Assembly (NCBI GenBank): GCA_039028615.1
Contig: JBCCHT010000027.1
Coordinates: 128,001 to 192,000, forward strand
From: Myxococcota bacterium
GTDB lineage: Bacteria; Myxococcota_A; Polyangia; Nannocystales; Nannocystaceae
Direction of reading: 5' to 3'
Length of the DNA: 64,000 nucleotides
Of the stretch, positions 11,941 through 23,173 are shown piece by piece; position 1 is the first letter of the stretch; every line of letters starts with the position of its first letter. The position numbers were made by a program, and so were the translations under genes. The notes beneath the pieces are model-generated. The model saw nothing but the letters and a program-made list of their open reading frames with translations. It ran no database searches and had not been told where the DNA came from.

Positions 11941-13098
11941 ATGCGTGCATCCACCGCCCAGCCCGCCACGCGGCGACGTCTCGATCGCATCGTCGGCGTC
12001 TACGAAGGGGCCCGCCCCGGCAAGACGGTCATCGCGATCGGGGGCATGCACGGCAACGAACCGGCGGGCATCGAGGCCATTCGTTCCGTCTTGGGACAAC
12101 TGCGGGAACGCGGCACCGACGTGGCGGGCAAGCTGGTGGGCGTCGCCGGAAACCTGCAGGCCCTGCAAGCCGACCAGCGCTTTTTGACGCGCGACCTCAA
12201 CCGCGGCTGGACCGTCCGCGACTGCGAGCGCCTGGCCACACCGAGCGCCGCCGACACCCCCGAAGACCTCGAGCAACGCCAGCTGCTCGAAGTGTTCGGG
12301 CCGCTCGAGGCCGAGTCCGACGAGCCTCTGGTCTTCGTCGACCTGCACAGCACCTCGGGACCGGCCGCGCCCTTTTCGATCATCCCCGACGTCGAGCGCA
12401 ACCGTCGGCTCGCCTTGTCGCTGCCCATTCCCACCGTGCTCGGTCTCGAGGAGATCCTCGAAGGGGCGATGTTCGGCTACCTCTGCGACCGCGGCCACAT
12501 GGGCCTGGCCGTCGAGGGCGGACAGCACCGCGATCCCGAGACCGCCGCCCGACTCGAAGCCGTCGTGTGGTTGACCATGCTCGCCGCGGGCACCATCACC
12601 GCCCACGACGTGCCCGACCTACGGGGCCAACGAAAGTGTCTGCGGGATGCCACCGCCGGACTCCCCACCGCCGTCCGGGTGCGACACCGCCACGGCCTCG
12701 ACGACGAGCAGTCGTTCGAGATGGTGCCCGGCTTCGACAACTTCTCCCCCGTGCGTCGCGGCGAGCGACTCGCCCAAGACGAAGACGGACCCGTGCACGC
12801 CGACTTCGACGGGCTGGTCATGCTTCCCCGCTACCAGGGCCAGGGCAACGACGGGTTCTTCCTCGCCAGCCGAGTCACGCGACGCTGGCTGACGCTGTCG
12901 GCCGCGGCTCGCCGCGGGAAGATGGAGCGCTGGCTCGCGCTGTGGCCCGGCCTCGCGCGCGTGCCGTCCGAGCCCAACCGGCTCCGGTATCGAGGCACCG
13001 AGCCGCCGCCGCTCATGCTCCAGACCCTGCGCCTGCTCGGCTTCCACGGCATGAGGGCCAAGGCCGCCGGCCTCGAGTTCTTCCGCCGTCGTCCCTGA
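11941..13098 (+). CDS. Succinylglutamate desuccinylase/aspartoacylase (M14-like) family protein
   Basis: HGNE, DLNR, DLHS, EGGQH motifs. Confidence 0.85.
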   Translation: MRASTAQPATRRRLDRIVGVYEGARPGKTVIAIGGMHGNEPAGIEAIRSVLGQLRERGTDVAGKLVGVAGNLQALQADQRFLTRDLNRGWTVRDCERLATPSAADTPEDLEQRQLLEVFGPLEAESDEPLVFVDLHSTSGPAAPFSIIPDVERNRRLALSLPIPTVLGLEEILEGAMFGYLCDRGHMGLAVEGGQHRDPETAARLEAVVWLTMLAAGTITAHDVPDLRGQRKCLRDATAGLPTAVRVRHRHGLDDEQSFEMVPGFDNFSPVRRGERLAQDEDGPVHADFDGLVMLPRYQGQGNDGFFLASRVTRRWLTLSAAARRGKMERWLALWPGLARVPSEPNRLRYRGTEPPPLMLQTLRLLGFHGMRAKAAGLEFFRRRP

Positions 13099-13161
13099 AA
13101 TTCCCCGACGTCCTCCTGGACAACTCAATCCGGCCTGCTACGTTTGTCGGCTCGTGCGGTC

Positions 13162-13593
13162 ATGGCCGATCAACTTCCCATCGCCGACGGGGTGTGCATC
13201 CCCGCGTCGGACCTCGAGTGGTCGGCCGCGCGTGCGGGTGGCCCCGGTGGGCAGAACGTAAACAAGGTCGCCACCAAGGTCGATCTTCGCTTCGATCTGC
13301 CCGGCACCCGGGCGCTCAGCGAAGCGGTCAAGGCCCGCCTGCGCGGTCTCGTTGCCAATCGGCTCGATGCCACCGGTCGCGTGGTCATCACCAGCCAGGC
13401 CGGTCGCTCGCAGGCCGACAACCTCGAGGATGCGCGTCGCAAGCTCGCCGCGCTCATCGAGCGCGCGCTGCATCCACCCAAGCGTCGTCGGGCCACCAAG
13501 CCCACCGCCGGGTCCAAGCGGCGGCGGCTCGAAGCCAAGCGTCAGCGTAGCGACACCAAGAACGGGCGCGCCCGCGTCCGAAATCACGACTGA
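13162..13593 (+). CDS. arfB: Alternative ribosome rescue factor B
   Basis: GPGGQNVNKV; SQxxN; basic tail RRATKPT...RRRLEAKR. Confidence 0.93.
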   Translation: MADQLPIADGVCIPASDLEWSAARAGGPGGQNVNKVATKVDLRFDLPGTRALSEAVKARLRGLVANRLDATGRVVITSQAGRSQADNLEDARRKLAALIERALHPPKRRRATKPTAGSKRRRLEAKRQRSDTKNGRARVRNHD

Positions 13594-13654
13594 GGTCGGC
13601 GGGGGCTGGTGACCCCGAGGTCGCTCGGCGACCGTTGCTAGGCTGGACCCCGCG

Positions 13655-16585
13655 ATGGGGGACCCGACCCAGCGGCGCCATGCGACCCGACCGCTCGAGG
13701 ATCCCCGAGCGAACGCCAGCGCCTCCGGGTCCCGGGCGATTCCCAGCCGGGTCGGTCGCTTCGTCGTGCTCGAAGCCGCGGGCGAAGGCGGCATGGGGCA
13801 GGTCCTCGCCGCGTACGATCCCGTGCTCGATAGGCGGGTCGCTCTCAAGCGTGTGCTCGCGCGGCAGGCCACCGCCGTCGCCCGAGCGCGCCTGCACCGA
13901 GAGGCGCGCGCGATGGCCCAGCTGTCGCATCCCGGGGTCGTCGCGGTCCACGACGTACTCGAGGTCGATGGTGATCTGTACGTGGCGATGGACTACGTCG
14001 AAGGGCGAACCCTGCGGGCGTGGCTCGCTCAGCGCCCGCGCCCCTGGTCCGAGCTGTTGCCCCTACTCGTCGCCGCCGGTCGGGGCCTCGCCGCCGCCCA
14101 CGACCAAGGCTTGGTGCATCGCGACTTCAAGCCGGACAACGTGCTCGTCGACGAGCAGCAGCGGGTTCGGGTCACCGACTTCGGGCTCGCCACCACCGTC
14201 GCCGACGAGCACGACGAGACACCGCGCGGTCCATCACCCGCCGAGGCCCTGGGCTCGATCACGCGTACGGGCGCGCTGCTCGGCACGCCTCGCTACATGG
14301 CCCCCGAGCTTCTGCGGGGCGAGCCGGCCGATCCCCGCTCCGATCAATTCGCGTTCTGCGTGACGCTGTACGAAGCGCTGTATGCCTGCGATCCCTTCGA
14401 TGGCGAAGCAACGGCCAGCGACCGTCCCACGCCCGCCCCTCGGGCCGGGGCCGCTCCCGAGTGGCTGGCCTCGGCCGTCCTGCGGGGGCTCGCGCTGGAG
14501 CCTCGGGATCGCTGGCCATCGATGGCCGACCTGCTCGCCGAGCTCGAGCGACCCCGTACCCGAGGACGACGCTTCATCGCCGCCTCGGCGCTGGTCGGCG
14601 CCACGTTGACCGGATGGTGGGCCCTGAGCGACCGCGAGTCCTGCGAAGGCGCCGAGCAAGCCCTGTCCCAGCACTGGAACGATCAACGACGCGCCACCCT
14701 TCGCGACGCCATGCTCGACACCGAGTTGCCGCTGGCATCCGAGTCCTGGTCGAGGGTGGAACGAGAACTCGACGACTGGGCACAGCGATGGCGAGCGGGC
14801 TACACCGCGGCCTGCGAATCCCATCGGCGATCCGAACAATCAGATGGCCTCTTCGATCGCCGGGTCGCCTGCCTGCACCAGCAGCGCTGGGCCCTGGCCG
14901 CCGCCACCCGCGTGCTCGAGGCCCCGGATGCCCGCGTCGTGCAGCGAGCGGCCCGAGCCGGAGGCGAGCTTCCTCCGCCCGAAGCGTGCGCGCGCGTCGA
15001 AGTGCTGCTGTCGGGCGCGGCCGTGCCCGAAGATCCCGAAGTCGCCCGAGCGACCCACGCCCTGCGCGAGCGCTTCATCGAGGCCCGCACGCGGGCGGAC
15101 TTTCGCGGACACCACGACGAAGCGGTCGCCGCCTACGACGAGCTGATCGCCGCGCTCGATACAGAAGCCCTGCAGGCGACCTCGCTGCACGCCGAGCTGC
15201 TGCATGCCCGGGGCAACGCCCGCTCGGGCACCAACGCGGTCGAAGCCGCCAAGGCCGATCTACTGGCGGCCTACACCGCCGCCGAGCGGGTCGACGACGA
15301 GGTCCTCAAGGCCCGAGCCGCCTCCACTCTGGTCGACTTGGTGGCGCGCCGTGGCCTCGCCCTCCCCGACGTCGAAGCCTGGGCGCAGCTCGCCGAGGTC
15401 ATCGTGCAGCGAGCCGAGCCCGAGGGGCGGACCCACGGCACCGTGATGTCCGTCCTCGCCAAGCTGCGGCTGCACCAAGGTCGCTACGACGACGCCATCG
15501 CCCTGGCTCGTCGCGCCCACACCCTGCTCGCGGCCAGCTACGGTCGCGAGCACGCGCGCGTCGTGGTGCCGCTGACCACCGAAGCCACCGCGCAGGCGGG
15601 CCTCGGCGACCTCGATCGCGCCCTGGCCCTGCACCGACGCGCCGCAGAGCAGCTCGCGGTCGCCCTCGGCCCTTCTCACCCCGAAGTCGCTGCCGCCGAG
15701 TTCAACCTCGGTAGCTTGGAGCTCGAGACCGGCCACCCCGAAGCCGCCATCGCCCGCTTCGAGCGAGCCCTGAGTCGATGGCGTGAGGTCTTGGGCGAAG
15801 ACCACACTCGCGTCGCGGGGGCGCTGTTCGGGCTCGGCTCCGTCTACGACGCCCAAGGCCGGCTCGACGACGCCAAGCGCCACTACGAGCAGGCCAGGGC
15901 CATCTGGGAGGCTCAGCCCGCGATCGAAAAGGGCAACCTCTCCGTCGTCTACAACAACCTCGCATCGCTCGAGGCTCGGCACGGTCGCTTCGAGCAGGCC
16001 TTGCCGCTATTCGAACGTTCGGCTGCCCTCGAGCAGGAGTTCCGTGGGCGCGAGCATCCGGCCTACGCCGAAGCACTCGGCTCCTTGGCGGCCATCCACC
16101 TCGACCTCGGACACCTGCCGCAAGCGGAGGCCCATGCCCGCGAGGCGATCGCGTTGCTGCGCAAGACGGTGGGCTCCGATCACCCGCGGCTCGTGTCCAT
16201 GCTCGCCAACCTCGCTCAGGCCCAGTCTGCACGTGGGGCGCACGTCGAGGCCCAGGCCAACGTCGAAGAGGCCATGGCTCTGGCCGAAGACGAGCCACGA
16301 CACCTCGATCTGTGGGGGCGCCTCGCCTCTTTGCGGCTGGACCAAGGAGACCCAGCCGGGGCCCGCGAGGCCCTCACTCAGCTCCAACAGCGCCTGCGTA
16401 GCGCCGACGTCGAGCTGCCCGCGGCCGAGCAGGCTCGCGTGCTCTTCGTGCAGGCTCGGCTCGCCGAAGATCCCAAGGCCGGCCGCGCCCTGGCCCAGCA
16501 AGCCCTCGATCGGCTGAGCGCCGACGACTCGGCCCCCACCGCCGCCCAAGACGAAATCCGAGCCTGGATGGCGGAGACCTTCTGA
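13655..16585 (+). CDS. Ser/Thr protein kinase with TM and TPR repeats
   Basis: GEGGMG, VALK, HRDFKPDN, DFG, GTPRYMAPE; C-terminal TPRs. Confidence 0.93.
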   Translation: MGDPTQRRHATRPLEDPRANASASGSRAIPSRVGRFVVLEAAGEGGMGQVLAAYDPVLDRRVALKRVLARQATAVARARLHREARAMAQLSHPGVVAVHDVLEVDGDLYVAMDYVEGRTLRAWLAQRPRPWSELLPLLVAAGRGLAAAHDQGLVHRDFKPDNVLVDEQQRVRVTDFGLATTVADEHDETPRGPSPAEALGSITRTGALLGTPRYMAPELLRGEPADPRSDQFAFCVTLYEALYACDPFDGEATASDRPTPAPRAGAAPEWLASAVLRGLALEPRDRWPSMADLLAELERPRTRGRRFIAASALVGATLTGWWALSDRESCEGAEQALSQHWNDQRRATLRDAMLDTELPLASESWSRVERELDDWAQRWRAGYTAACESHRRSEQSDGLFDRRVACLHQQRWALAAATRVLEAPDARVVQRAARAGGELPPPEACARVEVLLSGAAVPEDPEVARATHALRERFIEARTRADFRGHHDEAVAAYDELIAALDTEALQATSLHAELLHARGNARSGTNAVEAAKADLLAAYTAAERVDDEVLKARAASTLVDLVARRGLALPDVEAWAQLAEVIVQRAEPEGRTHGTVMSVLAKLRLHQGRYDDAIALARRAHTLLAASYGREHARVVVPLTTEATAQAGLGDLDRALALHRRAAEQLAVALGPSHPEVAAAEFNLGSLELETGHPEAAIARFERALSRWREVLGEDHTRVAGALFGLGSVYDAQGRLDDAKRHYEQARAIWEAQPAIEKGNLSVVYNNLASLEARHGRFEQALPLFERSAALEQEFRGREHPAYAEALGSLAAIHLDLGHLPQAEAHAREAIALLRKTVGSDHPRLVSMLANLAQAQSARGAHVEAQANVEEAMALAEDEPRHLDLWGRLASLRLDQGDPAGAREALTQLQQRLRSADVELPAAEQARVLFVQARLAEDPKAGRALAQQALDRLSADDSAPTAAQDEIRAWMAETF

Positions 16586-16589
16586 TAGC

Positions 16590-17960
16590 GTGCCTTCGAC
16601 GATGGGCTCTCGATCCTCCGCTCCGCCGCCCGCCACCCGCCAGCTCGGTGAGCACGAACAGCTCCACCAGCGCTTGGGGCGAGGCCTCGTGCGGGTGCTC
16701 AGCGGGCCCGATCGCGGTGCCGAGGCCGAGTTCCGCGGTCGCCGGCTCACCGGAGGCCGAGCTTCCGTCAACGATCTGCGCCTTCGCGACGATGCGGTCA
16801 GCGGCGCGCACTTCGAGTTGGTACTGGGCGATCGCGGCGTCTGCCTGCGCGACCTCGGCAGCACCAACGGCACCTTCGTCGGCAACGCGCGACTCGGCGA
16901 GGCCTGGATCGAAGCCGGCGGCATCTTTCGTGTGGGCACCACCGAGATTCAGCTGGTCGCGGCCGAGCCCATCGACGTCGCGCTCTCCCCGGACGACCGC
17001 TTCGAAGACCTGCTCGGTCGCAGCCCGATCATGCGCGAGCTGTTCGCCCTGCTGTCGCGGATCGCCCCCACCCCCATGGACGTGTTGATCGGCGGCGAGA
17101 CCGGGACCGGCAAGGAGCTCGTCGCCCGTGCCCTGCATGCGCGCTCCGAACGAAGCGAAGGCCCGTGGGTCGTGCTCGACTGCGCCTCGCTGCCCCGCGA
17201 GCTGGCCGAAGCCGCAATCTTGGGGCATCGGCGCGGCAGCTTCACCGGAGCCATCGAGGACCGCGCCGGGTGCTTCGAGCGGGCCGACGGCGGCACCGTC
17301 TTTCTCGACGAAGTCGGCGAGCTGTCGCTCGAACTCCAGCCCAAGCTCCTGCGCGTGCTCGAGCAACGCCAGGTCCTCCGCATCGGGCACGACCAGCCCC
17401 GCTCGGTGGACGTGCGGGTCATCGCCGCCACCCACCGCGACCTACGGAAGATGGTCGCCGACGGGGAGTTCCGCGAAGACCTCTATTTCCGGCTCGCCGA
17501 CGTCACCGTGGAGCTGCCCCCGCTGCGCAACCGCGGGGACGATCCCGTGATGCTCGCCGAGCGCTTCATCGCCGAGCTCGCGGGTGACCGCGAGCTTCCG
17601 CTGTCGAGCGGGGCCAAGGCCGCCCTGCGCAGCGAAGCCTGGCCCGGCAACGTACGCGAGCTTCGCCGAGCCATCCGCCGTGCCGTGTTCCTCGCTCCCG
17701 GTCCGCAGATCGAGCGCAGCGACCTCTCGCCTGGCTTGCACGGCCCGCACGCCCAAGATCGAGGAGGCGCCGCCGACGAGCTGTTCGCCCTGCCCTTCCG
17801 CGAGGCCCGACAGGACTTCGAGCTGCGCTACTTCCGAGCGCTGCTCGCCCAGACCGACGGCAACCTCAGCGAAGCCGCCCGCCGCAGCGGATACTCGCGA
17901 CAAGGCCTGCGGGAGCTGTTGCGACGCCTGGGGCTGTACGAAGACCACGAAGACGCATGA
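16590..17960 (+). CDS. FHA-domain sigma54-dependent transcriptional activator
   Basis: FHA (SxxH, DLGSTNGT), GETGTGKE, GSFTGA, FLDE, WPGNVREL, Fis-type HTH. Confidence 0.93.
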   Translation: MPSTMGSRSSAPPPATRQLGEHEQLHQRLGRGLVRVLSGPDRGAEAEFRGRRLTGGRASVNDLRLRDDAVSGAHFELVLGDRGVCLRDLGSTNGTFVGNARLGEAWIEAGGIFRVGTTEIQLVAAEPIDVALSPDDRFEDLLGRSPIMRELFALLSRIAPTPMDVLIGGETGTGKELVARALHARSERSEGPWVVLDCASLPRELAEAAILGHRRGSFTGAIEDRAGCFERADGGTVFLDEVGELSLELQPKLLRVLEQRQVLRIGHDQPRSVDVRVIAATHRDLRKMVADGEFREDLYFRLADVTVELPPLRNRGDDPVMLAERFIAELAGDRELPLSSGAKAALRSEAWPGNVRELRRAIRRAVFLAPGPQIERSDLSPGLHGPHAQDRGGAADELFALPFREARQDFELRYFRALLAQTDGNLSEAARRSGYSRQGLRELLRRLGLYEDHEDA

Positions 17961-18011
17961 GCCGCGGCCCGGGCGAGTGAGCCCGAGCCGCGACCGGATA
18001 CCCGCCGCCGC

Positions 18012-19271
18012 TCAGCAGCTGACGTTGTCGAAGTACGAGCTCTGGTTGTCCGGGTTGGTGACCACGTTGCACAGCACGTTGTAGCTGGCGGGCCGAATGC
18101 GATGGAAGAAGTGGTTGCCGCCCAGCGCTCCGCGAATCACTCCGAGCACCGTGCGCTCGCCCGTCGCCGCGTTCCATTTGTACAGCGGGCCGCCGCTCTG
18201 CCCGCCGCTACCGTCATGACACGACAGCAACGCGTCCGTGAAGCACTGCTGGACCGGCGCGTTCTCGGTGAACGCATAGCCGCCGCACTTGTCCCCGTCC
18301 TCGGGCCACGCATCCGCACAGTCGTTGTTCGGGCCCGGATAGCCACGAACGTTGACGTTGTCCCCCACGATGTCCGTGCAGGACTCGGTGGCGAACGAAG
18401 CCGGCGTAGGATCCCACTGCACCGGGCCCGTCGCATCGGGGGCCAGATCGCCGATGACCAGCAGTGCATAGTCGAAGCGCGCCGTCGTGGGCCCCGAACC
18501 GCTCCCGCCGTCCCACGGCACCGGCTTGATGTAGCGGATGATCTGCCGCGCGCCGAAGGGCGTGTCGTCGGAGTCCAGGATCGTGTCGTCCCCCGAGAAG
18601 GTCTTGCCGCGCACCGCCGGCATCACCACCTGGGGCAAGTTCGTCGACCAGTTCCCGTTGCCGTCGGTGACACAGTGCGCCGCCGTCAGGAACACCCGCG
18701 GAGAGATCATCGACGCCGAGCAAATGCCCCCGGTGGACGTTGCCGTGTTCGCCAAGCGCACCGTCACTTCCTGCTCGGACGCGCTGGTCACGATCGTACG
18801 GTCATCGGGCGTGCCCACCGATTGGCGAAAGCCCTGCTCCTTTGCCTCGCGGTCCGTATCCACCCCCAAGTCGAAGCCCGGGCGCGGCTCGCCCTCGATG
18901 TGACTACGTCGGCTCTCGTAGTGAACCGTGGTCCCCACGCGTTGGCGGAAGGTCCGACCGTCACGGGTCAGCACGTCCATGCGATCGTCCTCGGGTTCGG
19001 CCTCGGCCGTGAGCCGGAGCCCTCGCGTCGCCTCATGCCGCCACGCCGCGCTCTCGTCGTCGATGCGACCGGTGTATTCGAAGCGCTCCGGCGACGGCGT
19101 GTACTCCAGCGACTCGGCAATCGCCGCCTCGCGATCCGACTCGACCTGGTTTGGATCCAGAGCGTGAACCTCCTCCGCAACGTCGGAATGATCGCAGCCG
19201 GTCATCGTCGTGCATGCGACGAGAGCGAGTGAAGTGAGCGAGAAAAAAAGGGGGGCTTGGGGGGTCTTCAT
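18012..19271 (-). CDS. Secreted trypsin-like (V8-type) serine protease
   Basis: LTAAHC, DYALL, GQSGGP triad motifs; N-terminal signal. Confidence 0.85.
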   Translation of the reverse strand: MKTPQAPLFFSLTSLALVACTTMTGCDHSDVAEEVHALDPNQVESDREAAIAESLEYTPSPERFEYTGRIDDESAAWRHEATRGLRLTAEAEPEDDRMDVLTRDGRTFRQRVGTTVHYESRRSHIEGEPRPGFDLGVDTDREAKEQGFRQSVGTPDDRTIVTSASEQEVTVRLANTATSTGGICSASMISPRVFLTAAHCVTDGNGNWSTNLPQVVMPAVRGKTFSGDDTILDSDDTPFGARQIIRYIKPVPWDGGSGSGPTTARFDYALLVIGDLAPDATGPVQWDPTPASFATESCTDIVGDNVNVRGYPGPNNDCADAWPEDGDKCGGYAFTENAPVQQCFTDALLSCHDGSGGQSGGPLYKWNAATGERTVLGVIRGALGGNHFFHRIRPASYNVLCNVVTNPDNQSSYFDNVSC

Positions 19272-19536
19272 CGATTCGGTGTCTTCCGTGGTCAGTGGCA
19301 GGACTGGTGTCGTCGTGCCTCGAAGCCCCCATTGAGCAAACCTCAGTCCGGCCTTCCGCACTCATGATTTCAAACACTTGGCCGCTGGGCTGCCGCTCCC
19401 CTGCCAAGGCGACACGGACCAGCCCTGGTCCGTCCACTGTCCACCATCCGGCCACATCGACCTGCGACTACTGCCACCGAGGGATGGTTCCGTCGGTTTT
19501 TTTCGCCCGTGCAGCCGCCCCTATATCGTCCGCGAC

Positions 19537-20385
19537 ATGAGACGTGGATCTTGCCTCCTTGTCCCCGTCGTTGGTGCAACGGCGATGTTGGCCTTCACCG
19601 GGACCGCCTTTGGCGCCGAAGACGACCCCGCCACCCCGACGGAACGAGTCGCGGAGCCCGAGACCACCGTGTCCACCCAAGAGGGCACCAAGGTCGCCGG
19701 CACTCAAGTCGAAGGCGAAGCCAGCGTCTCGACCGACGGCGGATTCGCAGCCTCGGGTTCCGGCTCCGGCATGCAGGGCACCTTCGGTGTCGGTGCCATT
19801 CGGACCCTCAGCGGTCTCACCGGCGTCAACTTCCGCTACTTCATGCTCGAGAAGCTCGCCGTCGGCGTCAACGTCGGCGTCGGCACCTTCACCTTCAGCG
19901 AGAACGACCCCGCCTCCACCGACATGTGCCCGGGCGCGGACTGTACGTTCGAGAACACCCGCACCGTCGCCACCCTCGGCATGGGCTTCGAAGGACTCTA
20001 CTTCCTTCACCAGGGCAACCCCGCCGGTCAGCTCCCCTTCCGAGCCGACTTCGCCATCGGCGGCCGCTTCACCTACTTCCAGGTCGTCAACTCCGCCGAC
20101 GTCCCCGACAACCTCGACGACAACACCGAGTTCGACATCGAAATCCCCGCCGTCGTCCAACTCCGCTTCGGCGACCACTTCGTCCTGTCCCCCGAGTTCG
20201 GCGTGAACTTCATCATCGTCCCCGGCAACCGTGAAGAGGGCGATGTGAACCCGGGTACCTTCAAGCCGGACACCACGCTGGCGCCGGGTGATCCGAACGG
20301 ACCGTTGTCTGGACCTGGGTTTGGGTTTCAGATCACGAACGGGGTCGGGATCTTTGGTGGTGCGAGCATGCACTACTACTTCTAG
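19537..20385 (+). CDS. Putative outer-membrane beta-barrel protein
   Basis: Signal peptide, amphipathic strands, C-terminal HYYF. Confidence 0.65.
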   Translation: MRRGSCLLVPVVGATAMLAFTGTAFGAEDDPATPTERVAEPETTVSTQEGTKVAGTQVEGEASVSTDGGFAASGSGSGMQGTFGVGAIRTLSGLTGVNFRYFMLEKLAVGVNVGVGTFTFSENDPASTDMCPGADCTFENTRTVATLGMGFEGLYFLHQGNPAGQLPFRADFAIGGRFTYFQVVNSADVPDNLDDNTEFDIEIPAVVQLRFGDHFVLSPEFGVNFIIVPGNREEGDVNPGTFKPDTTLAPGDPNGPLSGPGFGFQITNGVGIFGGASMHYYF

Positions 20386-20650
20386 CGGCGCGTAGCGCTG
20401 CTAGAACTCGAGATCGCTGGAACTCGGCCACGCTTGCGTGGCCGTTTCCACGAGGTCTCCAAGTATGCGCTCACGCGAGACCCAATCGCTCGCCGCGGCG
20501 CCCTCTTGCAGCTCAACAGAGTCGCGAGGCCGGGAGCAGTAGCGCCATCAAACGCCGGACCGGCCGTCCCCGCCCCCTCTACGTCCTCTGGCCAACCGAA
20601 CTCCAGCTGCGGTGACGGACGCGCTCGGCGTCCGTGAGCACTCCTTTACG

Positions 20651-21859
20651 TCAGCGCCCCTGCGATGCAACCGGAACACTCGCATCGATCGTCGGCACGA
20701 TCTGCGTCATCACAGCCTCCGTGGCTGAGCGGGCGGGCGGCTCGAGGTTCCACGCTTGTAGCATCATCACGACGTCGAGTTCGGGAAGTACGATGGGGAA
20801 CTGGCCACCATAGCCGTTGCCGGCGAATAGGTACGGTTCGTCGGGCCTGTGTCCATCGATCCACCACTGGTAGCCGTACCCCGGACTGGTCGCGACTTCA
20901 GGGTCGATCCTGGGCACGACCGGGGACGTCGACCGCTCGACCCAGTGTTTGGACACGAGCTGTCGACCCTCCCACTGACCTCCCTGCAACATGAGCTGGG
21001 CGATGCGGGCCATGTCGAGGGGGCGAAGATAGAGGCCACCTTCGGTGTCCACTTCGCCCTTCGGGGTCCGTTTCCAGTAGAACTCGGTGATCCCCAGCGG
21101 GGCGAAGAGGCGAGCTTGCGCGAACTCGTCGGCGGGTTGTCCTGTCGCCTCGCGGACGATCTTGCCCAACAGAACGCTGGCGCCGGAGTTGTAGTCGAAG
21201 CGTTCACCGGGCGCTTCACGCATCGGGCGATCGACGACGAAGGAGATCCAGTCGTCACTGAGCTCGAGCTGAGTGCACGTGTTGTCCGGATCGCTGTACG
21301 GTAGAGACTCGTTCCAGTCGATGCCCGAGCGCATCGTGAGCAGGTCCTCGAGGGTCATGGCCGCGCGACGTGGATCGGTGGCGTCGGGATCGTAGTCGCC
21401 GAACCACGACATGGCGGGGGTGCTGACACCATCGGGGATCGATCCGTCGTCGATCGCCATGCCCACGAGAATGGAAGTCACCGACTTGGTCACCGACTGT
21501 TGGGTGTGAAGATCGCCAGCGCGATAGTACGGGTGCCAGCCTGGATCTTCGTAGTCGTACTGATGGTCGGCAGTGGCTTCGCGGGGCCCCTGCGGCGCCC
21601 CGACATCGAGCCGCTCGTCAACGAGGAGTCGCCCGTGCCGCATCAGGATGAAGTGGTCGAATCGTCCGAACGCACCCGCGCGCGCATCGTCGAGAAACCG
21701 TGTGACGGCGTTCGGATCGATCCCGGCGTCTCGCAAGGCGGTGGCTCGGTCCGCGCGCCTGGTTTCGGCCGGAGGGTCCGGGTCGTTGGGCGGGCCCGAG
21801 TGCCGACAGCCGGCAGCCGAGAACGCGAGGATGAGGAGGAGGGGGGACGTGCGGATCAT
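20651..21859 (-). CDS. Serine hydrolase (beta-lactamase class C-like)
   Basis: SVTK, LLTMRSG, YNS, YGYQWW motifs; lipobox. Confidence 0.88.
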   Translation of the reverse strand: MIRTSPLLLILAFSAAGCRHSGPPNDPDPPAETRRADRATALRDAGIDPNAVTRFLDDARAGAFGRFDHFILMRHGRLLVDERLDVGAPQGPREATADHQYDYEDPGWHPYYRAGDLHTQQSVTKSVTSILVGMAIDDGSIPDGVSTPAMSWFGDYDPDATDPRRAAMTLEDLLTMRSGIDWNESLPYSDPDNTCTQLELSDDWISFVVDRPMREAPGERFDYNSGASVLLGKIVREATGQPADEFAQARLFAPLGITEFYWKRTPKGEVDTEGGLYLRPLDMARIAQLMLQGGQWEGRQLVSKHWVERSTSPVVPRIDPEVATSPGYGYQWWIDGHRPDEPYLFAGNGYGGQFPIVLPELDVVMMLQAWNLEPPARSATEAVMTQIVPTIDASVPVASQGR

Positions 21860-22288
21860 CGTGGCGTGCGCGAGCGTGGCGGTCGTCGGGCGGTCGGCGG
21901 TGGGCTGCAAAATGGGGCCGCTGAGCGCCAGGTCCTTCCCGCGGACAGGCCGGTGCAATCGCCGCTCGTGAGCGCCCCCGGCTCCTTATATACGCCGCGC
22001 GTTCCAGGTCATAGACGACCCGCTCCGTGCCCACGATGCAGCGGTGGCCCGCGAACTCTTGGATGACTCGGCCGCGTGCGCCTCGCATGGCGAGCGACGA
22101 GCAGCCCGGCGGAGATTTTCGACCCGACGCGAAAATATTTCGATCCGAGCGGGCGCGTCGACCGACTTTGCAGATGCCGAGCCTCGGGCTGCCGTTGGCG
22201 CTTCATCGAGGGGGTGCGGGTTGCGGCCGGACCGGTTCTCCAGGCGAGACGCTCCGCTCATCCGCACGCGAACAAACAAGAACGAACC

Positions 22289-22888
22289 ATGCACCACCGC
22301 AGCTACATCCTTCGTGACCCCGTCGACACCGACGAGGTGTTCCTCGAGCTTGGCAAGCTCGTTCACGAGGTGAACCGAGTGACGCGCAAGGGCTTCTCCT
22401 ATTCTCACCCAGAAACACGCGGACCGATGCAGCTGTGGTACTGGCCCGATCACTTCGAGCAGCAGAGCGTGATCTCGCTGGTCCTCGACTCGATGACCCA
22501 GACCACCTACCTGCAAGTCGATGCCGTGAGTGCTTCCGAGGGCGAGCAGATCGTGGCCGAGCTCGGCAAGGGGCTCGACTTCCTGTCCCCAGACGAGGTT
22601 CGAGAAGAGGTGAGCGGGAACAATCCCCCGACGGGAGCGGGGCTGTCTCGCTTGGGGATGGTGACGAACCCAGAGGACTACGACGCTCGGACTAAGGACA
22701 TACTCGCGTCAGCGCTCGAGCACGACGATCCACAGGTCCGCAACGGGGCCTGCGCGGCAATTTTTCTGCTCAAGTGGCCGCAGTTCGTGCCCGCACTCGA
22801 GGACGCGCTCGCCAAGGAAACGGTCGTCCAGATCCGTCGCGTTCTCGATGCAACATTGCAGCTGTGCAATGGAACGCTGCGAATCTAG
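22289..22888 (+). CDS. HEAT-repeat hypothetical protein
   Basis: C-terminal LEHDDPQVRNGA...LEDALAKE HEAT-like repeats. Confidence 0.6.
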   Translation: MHHRSYILRDPVDTDEVFLELGKLVHEVNRVTRKGFSYSHPETRGPMQLWYWPDHFEQQSVISLVLDSMTQTTYLQVDAVSASEGEQIVAELGKGLDFLSPDEVREEVSGNNPPTGAGLSRLGMVTNPEDYDARTKDILASALEHDDPQVRNGACAAIFLLKWPQFVPALEDALAKETVVQIRRVLDATLQLCNGTLRI

Positions 22889-23173
22889 CCCACGGGCGGA
22901 AAACCCGGGAAACTCGATCAACGCCGACGAGGTCGGCCGACTCCTCGATCTCGATGGCCACGGCGTAGTCTCCGGCGAGGAGCCAGCAGAACCCGTGCCG
23001 CAGGATATCTGGACCACAGGCAGTACGCCCCGTGAGACGACGCCTTCGCTGCGCCCGCCGGTCCTGAAACCGATGATGCGAGGGCGTGAACGGCCGCAGA
23101 TGCAATCGAATTGCGAAAAATGCAGCCGCGGGCTGGCGAACGCCCCCCGGCAAGCGCGATAGTTCGAGTGCCC

